Assembly: GCA_963693365.1 (NCBI GenBank)
Contig: CAVNZM010000013.1
Span: forward strand, 6,252,640-6,316,639
Reading direction: 5' to 3'
Origin: Amoebidium appalachense
Taxonomy: Eukaryota; Protista; Ichthyosporea
DNA: 64,000 bases
Both the position numbers and the translations under genes were made by a program. Below are positions 15,573-28,104 of this stretch, one piece after another (the stretch's first letter is position 1; each line of letters opens with the position of its first letter). The notes under the pieces were generated by a model that did no database searches, had not been told where the DNA came from, and was given only the letters and a program-made list of their open reading frames with translations.

Positions 15573-18500
15573 GGGAGAGAGAGAGAGAGAGAGGGAGAGA
15601 GAGAGAATGGTGCGGTTGAGCGTGAGCAAAGCAAATCATCTCTGAGGTGTGTGTGTGTGTGTGTGTGCGTGTGTGCATGTGTGTGTGTGTGCGCGCGCGC
15701 GTGTGTGTGTGTGTGTGTGTGCGTGCGTGTGTGTATGTCAGTATGTTGAATTGAAGGGGTATATCTGTTATGTATCCGTGTACATACTCCATACACTACA
15801 TGTAACGACAGAGAACAGAAGAAAAAAGAAAAGAAAAAACAGCAGTTGGGACCCACCTGCGCGGGAGGCAGACTGGTTAAGCTTCTCATTGCCGTAGCGG
15901 TCCTTGGACACATCCTGCACAGAAAGAAGGGGGGGGGGGGGGGGGGGTTTGAATGTGGAAAACGGTACGAAGTACACATACACGATGAGAAGCATGGTGC
16001 AGGGAGAATGCATAAGAAGGAGGTGGCGAGGATATGTATACACTAGAAGGGGATGGGGGGGGTAGGGGTGTGGCCGCGTGGGATGGTGGCGCAAGAGATA
16101 CATGGATCAGGGGAGGCAAACAGGAAGCTATTTGCATTGTTTACTTTTTTTTATAAAAATTTCTTTTTCTTTCTTTTTTTTTTTTTTTTTGTTTGGGGGG
16201 GGGGGGGGGGGGTAATAATACACAGTAAAAGCACAAAGACAACAAAGAAAGCATAAGGTACGGTCCATTGACGTCAAAAGAACTAGGAGAAAAAAAGGGG
16301 AGGTGGCGCCCCCGAATGGGGGAGGAAGGGGGAGGGGGGTTTGAATGCGTCAAAAAGTCCAAAGTACACAAGAACAAACGGATAACACGATGCAGAATGC
16401 AAGCCATACATAAAGAGTATGCATTATAAGCAGAGCCCATCCTCAGGGGGGGCCCACGTCATCCACAGTACCCGAGTTTCGACCTATTCACCTCGTTAAC
16501 GAAACCCAACTCAGATATTGTTTCACTTGAACATGGGTAGGTCACCCGTCTTGATCAGAGACGAGCAGGGTTGCTTATGCAGGCAAGGGCAGTGGGAAAG
16601 GCCGGGGGTTGGGGAGGGCTTGAATGTGCTACAGAGTAAGTGCTACACATTTACGACAGACGAAACAATCCAGATTGCAAAGCACACACAAGACTTTCAG
16701 GAGTATGCATCTTAGCAGAACCCCTGGGACGCGAGGGGAAGGGGGGGGGGTGTATTGCATAGTGCCCCTTGAAATGGTCCTCGCATTCCATGTACGCTCA
16801 GAGAAAATACCAAATGTTTTAATTATATGAGTTTTTTGATTGTGTGTGTGTGTGGGGGGGGGGGGGGGGGGGGGGGTTGGGAGCTGGGCTATTGCTCAAA
16901 ATGTAAATATGTGTCAAGGGGAATGGCATGCGGGAGCAATTTGTGACTCTATTTTCATGTTTTCGTGTAACAGGCCTTACTCGCACAAAGCGAGGAAACA
17001 CAAGCAACACGTTCCCGAAATAGTCTACGAGGTCCACATTAAATTAAAACATCATGTGGGAAGCAAAGGGCTTGCGATAAGAAAATACGTGTACAGGGGG
17101 GGGGGGGCGGTTGAGACGAGACGGGGGGATGGGGTGCAGAGGATGATGAGGTTTGCGGGGGAGAGGGAACGGGGGGGAGGGGGGTTGCTCTTACATTCTT
17201 CTCCTCTTCCAACCTCTGGGCCTCCTGTAATTATTTCAGAATGTGTCAGTATGCAGAAAGCAGCATACTACTGCTCAGCGTTTGAAAATTAAAATTTCAG
17301 GGGGTGGGGGGGCAAGCCCTGGCCAAGAGAAGAGTGTAATCAGAGGAAGAGGGCGGATTTTTGAAGGCGGTTCAGAGCACGAAGCACACATTCACGACGG
17401 GCAGTACAATGGGGCCCCGTAGGGTGGGGTGGGGGGGGGGGGGGGGGGGGGCTGGAAGGGGAAGAGCGGGTGAGGAGAAGGAATATTAGGGTCGGCCAGA
17501 GAAGGACCACGGGAACGGGGGAGGGGCAATTTCTGAGGACATCCATATCACAAACGGAGGGGGGGGGGGAGGCATTGGGGAGAGGGGGGGGGGGGGGGGA
17601 AGCGGTGGAGGGGGCGTTGGGGGGGGGGGGAAGCGGGTGAGGGAGGGTGGGGGGGGGGGGGAGGGGGGAAGGCAGCACACACCAGCTGAGCCTGCCTCTC
17701 TGCCTTTGCCTTTTCGGCGGCAGCAGCCTTCTCGGCCTTACGGATGTCCTTTTTGGAGGGACCCTGGTCGGCCCTGACAAGCAAGTGGGGTTAGGCACTG
17801 ACTGGGTCAGGTCCGACAAATGATTGAATGAAAGCAAAAGGTATCTCTCAGTCCTCAAGAAAAGCACAGAGGTCAAGGGGAAGGGGGGGGGGGGGAAGAC
17901 ACGAGGAGTGAGGAGCATGCGTGGGGAAAGGGGGAGGGGTGCACACGTCATCGAATGGACTGTGCCAGAGATCCGGTTGGCATTCATCCTCCCCTTCTTC
18001 CTTCCCCTTCCTCCGCTCCAACCCTCCCCCTTCCCCTTCACATCCCTCCCTCCCCCCTTCCACCCGAAAGGGAGAAAAAAACATACGCACCAGAACACAC
18101 ACACATACCATCTTAACCCAAAATCCCCCTACAGTCAACGTGCACTTGTCCCCCTCCCATGCCTTTTCATACAACCGGTTTCACTTAAAACAGCAAGCAC
18201 TTACTTGGCCTCGCCCTCTGCAGCAGCAGGCTTCTTCTCAGCCCCAGGGGCAGCCCATTCCTCCCCTGTGACTTGCAGGTACTGTTTCTTCAAGTCCAGG
18301 AGAATATCCACCTAGGCAAAGGGAAAGGTGGTAAGAAACACAGGAAACGTGGGTCGAGTAAAACTGTGGTGCCATGGGCAGGCTTTGTGATGGTATACAG
18401 GACAGGCACGAACCACACCCACAATCTCTAAGATGCCCCCCTAAGCAGGCTAACCCTTTTACGCAAGAGCAACTCCATTTTCTCATGTTTACCTGGACTT

Positions 18501-18594
18501 TAATTTCCTCCTTGGTCTTGCCGTCAGCCTTTGCCTGGCGTACAGCCTCGCCCTGGGCCGTGATCTGCGCCCCTAGGTCCTCTTTCGTGGCCAT
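6919..18594 (-). CDS. DARS1: Cytoplasmic aspartyl-tRNA synthetase with N-terminal WHEP domain (about 19 exons)
   Basis: Exons encode [113 protein letters not shown] and [13 protein letters not shown] at 18594, TAA at 6921-6919, splice phases consistent. Confidence 0.95.
7863..7997 (-). repeat. Partial (3' half) copy D of the intronic RNA motif, plus downstream flank shared with copy A
   Basis: 7863-7997 is highly similar to ~11130-11264 (e.g. cccatcatcaggggggttcctatgcctccacaa.agcatgggttt). It is truncated at a (TG)n/poly-G tract. Confidence 0.8.
8131..8165 (-). repeat. Partial copy E of the intronic RNA motif (3' end)
   Basis: Minus strand UGACUCGGGCUUCCACUGAUGAUAGGCUCU resembles copy B UGACGUGGGCCCCCCCUGAGGAUGGGCUCU. 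Confidence 0.5.
11209..11366 (-). ncRNA. Intronic structured RNA motif, full copy A (family unassigned)
   Basis: Aligns by eye with 16426-16578. Closing stem CUUGAACA/UGUUCAAG and internal helices show compensatory changes between the copies. G-U pairs favour the minus (host sense) strand. Confidence 0.65.
14171..14290. repeat. Intronic minisatellite, ~26-27 nt unit with palindromic CTTACGTAAG core, ~5 copies
   Basis: Repeated ccttacgtaag(t)gcaaa(a)taccataca lies directly beside the 3' splice site at 14162. Confidence 0.85.
14781..14815 (-). repeat. Partial copy C of the intronic RNA motif (3' end)
   Basis: Minus strand CUGUGGAUGACUGGGGCUCUCUUGAGGAUGGGUUC resembles the 3' end of copy B. Confidence 0.55.
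16426..16578 (-). ncRNA. Intronic structured RNA motif, full copy B (family unassigned)
   Basis: Closing stem AUAAGCA/UGCUUAU. Shares the blocks CAACCCUGCUCGUCU, UGAAACAA, GUCGAAAC, UGUGGA and CCCCCCUGANGAUGGGCUCUG with copy A. Confidence 0.65.
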
Positions 18595-19598
18595 TCTAAG
18601 TGACCAAACAACGACAATTAACTAACTAACTACTCTGTCAGATGTTTTTCAAAGTTTTTAGAAGGGGCCTTATCTGAAGCGGGCTTGAGTCATGCGCCAA
18701 AGATAGATCTGCGAACCGCATGCATGTGGCCAAAAAATGGGGGGGAGTACTTGCCTTATTTAGCCACCCATGACATAAGACGTTGATTGGTTTAGTGTCA
18801 TGTCTATATGTGATTGCTGTAACCTGAGTTCTTGGTTGTGGCATATGCATGCTCAGTAAAGTTGAAAATAGAGAAGGTACCTATTTTCATTGTTAGTAGA
18901 TTTTCCAAAATACGATTGTAATTTTGCTACGTGTATAACGTGTGCGTGCTACATGAGGTACACATTGAACGCTTGACTCCCCGCGGCACTCTGGGAGAGG
19001 GCTGCTGGGTCTCTTGTTCAAACTCGGATTCCATGACCATGGTCTGAAATTACATCTCATATCGGCCCTACTTCTTGCACTCAAGTCCGCTAGTATTTCC
19101 AAATAAGTGCATTCCAAATGAATTATGATGAAAAAATAGACATCAGCGCCGCAAAAAGTCCTTTGCAATGCCAAGCATCATAGCTTTTTCCTCCCATACT
19201 TTCTGGCAATACGTATTGTAACAACTACGGCCTCAATGTGACTGGGTTTGAAAGCTTGACTATAAGGCATTGAAGCCAAAAAACCAATCGCAATGCTTTA
19301 GATTTCAGCCGCTTTAGCCGGTGTTAATTAACCTCTCAGGACGCCCGGACTAATTAATTTGGACGGGTCCCGTCCAAGGCCTAAACAACTCTATTTCGGC
19401 TCAAAATCGATAGAGAAAGCTCAAATAAATTGCATATGCCGACAGTTACATGTCTTACCTACATATGTTACTAAGATGATTTATGGAAAATATCATTATT
19501 TCGTATACTTTTATATCTGTTTCTGAAGCGTTTTTCGAGATTTTGAGAAAATCTTGGAGTTGCCATCGAATGTCGGGCAGTACCTCAGTGATACGGTG

Positions 19599-19734
<136 letters not shown>

Positions 19735-20098
19735 GGGGGAATACATGCTAATATTTATTAATTAGACGTGGCACTGCTGCACGTACGCGTATACAGATGG
19801 TCTACAGTACATGTATATACACATACCATTAATGGCGCCCCCATACTCTCAGAAACTTCTACTCACAAGTACATGTAACAGGTGCTAGAATCCGTACAAC
19901 TGCTTATATGTGTGTCATGCCATGTTCATCACTTGATAAAACGTCTAGCTGATTTACGGACACAAACAGTCGGAGATTCACACATACAGAACATGTACAT
20001 TGTGGAAATTCTCTCTCTCTCACACACACATGAGGCTCTAAACCGTGCCCACTCCCCTCTCTCTTTCTCTCTCTTTCTTTCTCTCTCTTTCTCTCCAA

Positions 20099-21640
<1,542 letters not shown>

Positions 21641-23203
21641 GTGGGTTGGGAGAGAGGGGGGGGAGGGGGGGGGGTGTGTGTGGGGGGGGGGGGGGGGGAT
21701 GAGGGGGGACGGAATGTGAGTACTCTGTGGCGGGGAGGGGAAGGTATTGGTAGGAAAGGGCAGGTATATATGTGATTTCACGAGCAGAGCTGCCAATACA
21801 TGTCGCCATCTTACCAGTCTCTGAGGCAGATAACTCCTTCTGATGAGATGTAGTGTTGCCCTCTCTCGCTGAACCGTTATGGAAGGTGGCCCCAGCATCA
21901 TGTGAGGTGGTTCCCCCGGATGAAGGACGGCGACCGCCATCCTCATCACCACTCGACTGGTCCGGTTCATGCATCCCTGTGCACAAAGAATGTGTATTCA
22001 GCACCTTTTGTGCCTTGCAAACATGGTGCCTGCAAACGTAGCAGAGATGGGTTATAGATTTGGAGACCCAATGAACAAGAGTTGTGTAAAACGTATTCGC
22101 TAATCGATGGTCACGTTGCATCGGGCCATGCAAGATGTCATTGCGAATCGCTAATCAAACAGGTCACAATGCATTGGGCGATGCAAGATGTACAAGTGCG
22201 AAATTCAAACATAATTCACTGACACAGCCACTAACAGCCACCCACCTCGTCACCACTGTCGTCACATTCCGGATATAGTATGGGCGAGGAAGACCTGTTC
22301 TGTGCCCCATTTTTCACAGCAGAAATGATGTGGGCGGTCAGCAACAGAACCACAAGGATGAGAAGCCAGGATGTTTTGTCATGTGTGCACGCAGATGTGG
22401 AGCCCCACATTCTACCAGGGCGCCCCATCTTCACAAAGCAAGCCCACCAAAGGCTACCCCAAGGCCCAAATTTGAAAAGTGGAAGCGAACTGAACTGTGT
22501 GTTCTCGGGTTGCATAGCCTTTTGAAGCCACGAAAAGGTGTGAAACGTTCTGTTTAGTGGTGGACTGTGTCGGGGTCTCCAATTCCGTATTTCCTGGTGC
22601 GCTCTTGGCCAATCGTTTAGGGGTTTGGGACCGCGAATGAATAGGGAGGCACACACCTTTCCTCAGTAGATATCCGCCTGAGATAGCCTAGTGAATGGCC
22701 ATGGTGTACACAGTATCCCACTGCCCTTTCTTTTACAATTGTAATGCAGATAATGTCGCCAAAATTTCTTTTTAAATGCCCCCCCCTTTTTTTTTCAAAA
22801 AAAAGCTGCCGTCTGAGCAATAGCCACCTGAGAGGTGTAGAGCCCTGGATGACTCTTCAGCAATCAAAATGCAAATCGATGTAGATATACGGTGGATATT
22901 ATCGGAAAATTTTGCACCATTTCAGGCCCATTTCACACGGCACACTTAGCCACACTTATGTCAGGCCCCACCGCAATCACCTCATTATTGCCGAGCGATA
23001 TGGACCACATACCTACTATGAGCCTGCCAAATACGTTCTTTCAATCTTTCTTCTGTACTTATACATAGAATACAGACAGATAGCTATATATAAAAAAAAA
23101 TATTAAAAAAGTGTACGTACGCATAGTAATGCGTTGTGGTCAATTCAGGATATATTTGCACTAGGTAAGGGGGGGGAGATCGGCGAGGGGGAGGGAGGGG
23201 GTG

Positions 23204-23266
<63 letters not shown>

Positions 23267-24480
23267 AGGGGGAGGGGGGGGGGAGGGGAGGGGGGGAGGG
23301 GGGGGGGGGGGGAGGGGAGGGGGGGGGGGGGGGGGAGGGGGGGGGGGAGGGGGGGGGAGGGGGGAGGGGGGGGGGAGGGGGGAGGGGGGGGGGAGGGGGG
23401 AGGGGGGGGGGGGCGCTGTGACAGGGGCGGGGGGGCATGAGAGGGGGAAAGGAGTGAATTTCCCATCGTAAGTATGAGCACCGTGTACTGTAATGCACAT
23501 TTTGGGGCGGTGCCGGATATATTTACACACTGCCTGCAGGCAAAAGTAGCTACAGGTGCTCGCGGAATACATTATTTCTAACTACATTTTGAATAAAACA
23601 AATACTAACATATTTCTTTATAATAAAGCCTGATATAAAGCCTCACTAGTATTTGGTCCATATGCACCATTATATACGTACTGATGATACGGGGGTCGCA
23701 TGCTGAGTCGCATGTGACGTCCTGCGCCAGCGTGGCAGGTTGTGTGACGTCATCTGTATGACGTCAGTTGCGGATCGGCCCGGGAACCAGTGTTTGGCAC
23801 CGGGAACCACTGTTTTTCACATCACTCACTCGTGCTTGCCTCATGCCCCCCGTGTCCGTGGAGTGCAGGCCGTCGTGCCTGCACCCAAGGGGCTGGCCGA
23901 GGCGGGGGCCGCCAGGGGGGGTCCATGCCATGAGCCCCCCCGCACCAGCCGGGGCTGGGCCCCGCCTCGACATGCTTTATTGCCGCTGCAATCGGGCTGT
24001 GAGCCAGTCACAGTCGCATACGTACACCGTCGTGTATACAGACTGAGAGGTGGGTGGGTGGGAGCCGCCGTGTGCTAGCCACCGAAAACGCAATCGTGCT
24101 AACAAAAACCGTACGTGCAGCACACGGCGAAAACGAAGGTGGCCTGCATCTGCAGTGTGCTGCGCCGGAAATACCGGCGCTGGTGGCGCCTGACGTCAGG
24201 CGCTGCGCCAGACCGATGTCAGCCGCCGCTGCGGCTGCGCCTGGCGCCGCGGCCCGTGACGTCATGGGCCGCCCGGCTGCCTGCGCCCGAAGTGATCCGT
24301 GAAACATCTTTCATCTGCTGCGCATATGAAACGTACATTCACATCACTCACTCGTGCTTGCCTCATGCCCCCCGTGTCCGTGGAGTGCAGGCCGTCGTGC
24401 CTGCACCCAAGGGGCTGGCCGAGGCGGGGGCCGCCAGGGGGGGTCCATGCCATGAGCCCCCCCCGCACCACAAGGCCCCC

Positions 24481-25596
24481 CTACTGCGATGTAGGGGGTC
24501 CGCCCCAAGGTCCCGTGGCGAGGCCCTGGTGTGACCAGACGGTGGCAATGGAGGCTTGCACGTCGCGGTGGGGCAGCCGGATGTAGACCATGAATGCGTC
24601 TGATGCCCAGCGGCCAAGGGCTTTGATGGTGGCGTCAGGTAGGCCCGCTCTCTCAGCTGCAGTGGCCCCCCCTATGCGCAGGCTGTGGCCGGCGTACCGG
24701 TCGGGGTCGTAGCCCGCATGGTGTAGAGCTGTGCGGAAACCGGCGATGAAGGTGCTCTTGAGGTAAGGGCTGCCGTCGACGCTGAACAGGGGTGCATCTG
24801 GGTGGATGCCTGCCCTGGTTGACGAGACCCCCAGGAAGAGGGCTAGATTGGCTGCTGGGCAGAAGGAAGGCTCCTCCGGGAAGGCGGGCACCCGGATGGT
24901 AACACCCTTGCCCGTGGGGTCGGTCTTAGATGTCGGCAGGAAGACTGTTGCCCCAATCAGGCGGTCATCCTGCCATAGGAGCTGGACGTCGCGACGCTTG
25001 GCGTGAAGGAGGGGGTTGAACTTGGCCGCAGATTTGGACGTGAACTCGCCCGAGCGCAGGAGGCACGAGCTGCCAAGCAGCAGGGCAGCCCACAGACGCA
25101 GGGCCTCCAATGAAGAGCCCGGTTGGATGACTGGGAGGAGGGCGCGGAGGTCGGCTGCTGGGAGGAGGGGCTCGAGCACTCGTTTGGGCCGGTGGCTGCC
25201 TTCCAGCAGCAGGAAGCGGCCAGCCCCGCGGATAAACCACTGAAAGCTCTGCTGGCCGGAGCCCGCTGGTGGTGCCATGCCCAAGCTGCGGTGCAGGCTG
25301 TTGACGGCGGAGACGATGCTGGGCATGGTCCGGGCTTGCACCGCACGCATGGCGCACCAGGCAAGGAACAGCTGCACTTGGGCTGGGCAGGCTGGCAGGT
25401 AGCCACCATCAGGATTGCGGCAGTCCATTGCGTAGATGAAGTCGATAAACTGGCGCTGGTAGGACGAGTAGGAGGACTCCGTGCTGTCGCCCACTGACAG
25501 CCGAGTGATGGTGCGGGCCACCTCCGGGACACGGGCCAAAACCTCGGGGGTGAACCACTGGGCAAGCCTACCATGGTCGCCACCAAAGGGGAGCAA
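24481..25596 (-). CDS. Tyrosine recombinase of the Ngaro element
   Basis: Catalytic motifs LLRSGEF, SKTD, GHSLRIGGAT and LGRWASDAFMVYIR. Confidence 0.93.
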   Translation of the reverse strand: MLPFGGDHGRLAQWFTPEVLARVPEVARTITRLSVGDSTESSYSSYQRQFIDFIYAMDCRNPDGGYLPACPAQVQLFLAWCAMRAVQARTMPSIVSAVNSLHRSLGMAPPAGSGQQSFQWFIRGAGRFLLLEGSHRPKRVLEPLLPAADLRALLPVIQPGSSLEALRLWAALLLGSSCLLRSGEFTSKSAAKFNPLLHAKRRDVQLLWQDDRLIGATVFLPTSKTDPTGKGVTIRVPAFPEEPSFCPAANLALFLGVSSTRAGIHPDAPLFSVDGSPYLKSTFIAGFRTALHHAGYDPDRYAGHSLRIGGATAAERAGLPDATIKALGRWASDAFMVYIRLPHRDVQASIATVWSHQGLATGPWGGPPTSQ

Positions 25597-26223
25597 GCCA
25601 CCTGCAGGGACAGAGCTGTGTGAGCATCATGCCTAGAGTCCCAGGGGGGGGGGGGGTAAAGGCAACGAGCGGGGTGGGCGGCAGGCAAGCGGGTGCACAG
25701 GCAGGCAAACAAGGGGGGGGGGGAGGGGGGGGGGGGGGGGGGGCGTAGCTAAAGGGCAGAGGATGCATGCAGCGCTGGCAGGGAGGGCGGGGGAAGGGGA
25801 GGGGGGGTATGCGCGCACAAGCCGCGGTGTAGGCGTGCGTGTGTGTGCGCTAGTGTGTGGGTGTGTATGAGCATGTGTGGGTTGGGGGGGTTGGGGGGAG
25901 GGAAGGAGGGGGGGGGGGGGGGGGGGGGGCAGGACACGCCACAAGCAGTTGGCACTGCGGGCCAGCACAGAACAAAGAGGCACACCGTGTGTACACCGTA
26001 AGACCGTAATGTATTGTCCCAAACACTCCACCGGGTGAGTGAGGGAATCCGAGCGAATTCGTGTAGTGGGGGGGGGCCGGCCCCGGCCGCCGCTGCAGAA
26101 CATGACTCGTGCGATATACAAAGTGGGAAGGGGGGAAGGAGGGGTGTCGGTGCCCCCCACAGCCCACACGCCAAGCCCAATACGAAGGCAAAGGAACAGG
26201 GGAGGGGGCTCGGCCCAGCCCCA

Positions 26224-28104
26224 TCACGAGAGAGGGGCAGCAAACCACCCCGCTAGCCACTCAGGCACGGGTGTTGGGACTGGTGCGTGCCACGGGTGCA
26301 GCCGGTCGAAAGTGGCCCACTGTGCTCGCGAGATGGCATCCGCAATCGAGTTTTCCACGCCAGGGATGTGCTTGGCCGAGACCAGCACCGTGTAGCGCAT
26401 TTCCATCAGCGTGATGAGACGCAGCACCCGGGCAATGGCAGGGACGGGGGAGTGACGGGACGCGATCGTAGATACTGCACCGTCGTTATCGGTGAGCACG
26501 CGTATGTGGCTGTTGCGACAGCTGGGACCCCAACAGGCCAGGGCCACGGCAATGCCAGCCAGCTCAAACAGCACGGAAGCCCACACATCTCCGCCAGCAA
26601 TGACCGTGCGCCAATGGTCCGTCCATGCTAGGTGAAACCACGCTTGACCCCAGTAGCCACCGCATCCTATGCTGCCGGCCGCATCTGTGGTGAACATGTG
26701 ATGCACGGGGGGGGTAAGCACACGTATGCCGTTCCACTCGGGGAGGAACTCCGACCACAGCACAACGACGGCTCGTGCGTCGGCGCAGACACGGATGTGG
26801 TGGTGGGGCCCTAGGCCGGCCCTCTCAGCCTCCGCCAGCAGATGAAGCAAGCGTTGAAGAAAGGCACGGGCACGCCCCAGCGCCACAACCTGAGCACACC
26901 ACATGAGCTTGCCGCACAGGGACCGTAGGTCTCGAACAGTGGCCTTGGTGCGACCCCGCCAATCGGCTAGCAGGGCCCGGAGCTCGGTCAGCTTGACGGC
27001 AGGTAAGCGGGCCTCCATGCGCAGAGTGTCCCACTCGAGCCCAGAGTAGATGAGCGTGTGTGAGGGCAGCTGCACTTTGTCGTCGGCAAGCGTAACACCC
27101 ACCTTCGAGCACACCCACCGAAACACCAGCATGTTGAAGGCGCACTCTTGCAGCGTACGGCCGCCGAAAAAGAAGTCGTCCACAAAATGCTGTGTCTCTG
27201 TGGCGTTGAGGGCGTGGGCGAAGTGCTGCAGGGCCTGAGCTATGCGTTCCCAGAACGCTGGGCTGGACCGCAAGCCAAACGGTAGGCGGGTCTCCACATA
27301 GAACGCGCCTAGCAGCTGGAACGACAGCAGTGGCTGGTCGTCTGGGTGCACCGGGCCGTGACGAAAGGCACCCTTCACGTCGTATGCCCCGAGGAAGCAG
27401 CCCTGGCCGAGCCGAGCTACTGTTTGCATCACCGTGCGGATGGTGATGTACTCCAGCTGATCCGGGTAATCGACCCCATCGTTGATACTGGAGCCACGCG
27501 GGAAGGAAAGGTCGTGGATGCGGCGGACGCCCGTGCCGCCCTTTTTGGGAACTGCCCCGAGGGGCGAGGATACAAAATAAGGATAAAGGGCCACCATCTC
27601 GTCGCGGGTGAAGGGGCCCAGGATGTGGCCGCATGCCACTTCCTTCGCAATGTCGGCTGCAAGCTGCTCATGGGCCGCCAGCGCGGACGGGTGGTTTCGG
27701 CCCACCCGGGTGACCCGCTCGCCGAAGTAACCGACCGAGAAGCCCAGCTCTAAGTCGCGGAGCAGAGCCTGCTGAAACGCACTGTCGGGGTGCGGAAACA
27801 ACTCAAACAAACGGCGGAAGTTGGGGACAGATACGGTCTGTGGTGGTGCCGCTGGGGGGGGCGACCATGGGCCCCGCAGGGCAACGGAGAGGGCAGGCCC
27901 AGCGCGGACGTCAGCCCCTGCCCGAAAGGGGGCTGGGCCCCCTAAGCCGGGTTGGCCCCCCCTTCCCCCGCCCCGTTGGCTGGGTTGGGAGGGCAGGCGT
28001 GTGCGCCGTGCGCCGCTGAGCCGCACTTCAGGCAGGCGTGCTTGTAGCGGCAAGGGTTGGGTCCCTTCCTGGTGCAGCCCTTGGCCGTGTTGAAGCCCCG
28101 GCAT
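26224..28104 (-). CDS. Reverse transcriptase / RNase H of the Ngaro element (true start uncertain)
   Basis: SPLGAVPKK, RRIHDLS, DVKGAFRH, LPFGLRSSP and FVDDFF (RT); TDAA, FEL, TDN and HIPGVENSIADAISR (RNase H). Confidence 0.93.
   Translation of the reverse strand: MPGLQHGQGLHQEGTQPLPLQARLPEVRLSGARRTRLPSQPSQRGGGRGGQPGLGGPAPFRAGADVRAGPALSVALRGPWSPPPAAPPQTVSVPNFRRLFELFPHPDSAFQQALLRDLELGFSVGYFGERVTRVGRNHPSALAAHEQLAADIAKEVACGHILGPFTRDEMVALYPYFVSSPLGAVPKKGGTGVRRIHDLSFPRGSSINDGVDYPDQLEYITIRTVMQTVARLGQGCFLGAYDVKGAFRHGPVHPDDQPLLSFQLLGAFYVETRLPFGLRSSPAFWERIAQALQHFAHALNATETQHFVDDFFFGGRTLQECAFNMLVFRWVCSKVGVTLADDKVQLPSHTLIYSGLEWDTLRMEARLPAVKLTELRALLADWRGRTKATVRDLRSLCGKLMWCAQVVALGRARAFLQRLLHLLAEAERAGLGPHHHIRVCADARAVVVLWSEFLPEWNGIRVLTPPVHHMFTTDAAGSIGCGGYWGQAWFHLAWTDHWRTVIAGGDVWASVLFELAGIAVALACWGPSCRNSHIRVLTDNDGAVSTIASRHSPVPAIARVLRLITLMEMRYTVLVSAKHIPGVENSIADAISRAQWATFDRLHPWHAPVPTPVPEWLAGWFAAPLS

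Noticed and set aside
16426-16578. Canonical C/D or H/ACA snoRNA, U3, U17, RNase P/MRP, SRP or telomerase RNA
   Set aside because: The C-like box is at the 3' end with no downstream CUGA, there is no conserved ANANNA/ACA, and the diagnostic motifs of the other RNAs were not recognised. CAACCCU is not a full TTAGGG template. An Rfam search is still needed.
22925-22942. PIF/Harbinger-like TIR (GGCCCATTTCACACGG)
   Set aside because: No matching partner end was found by eye.
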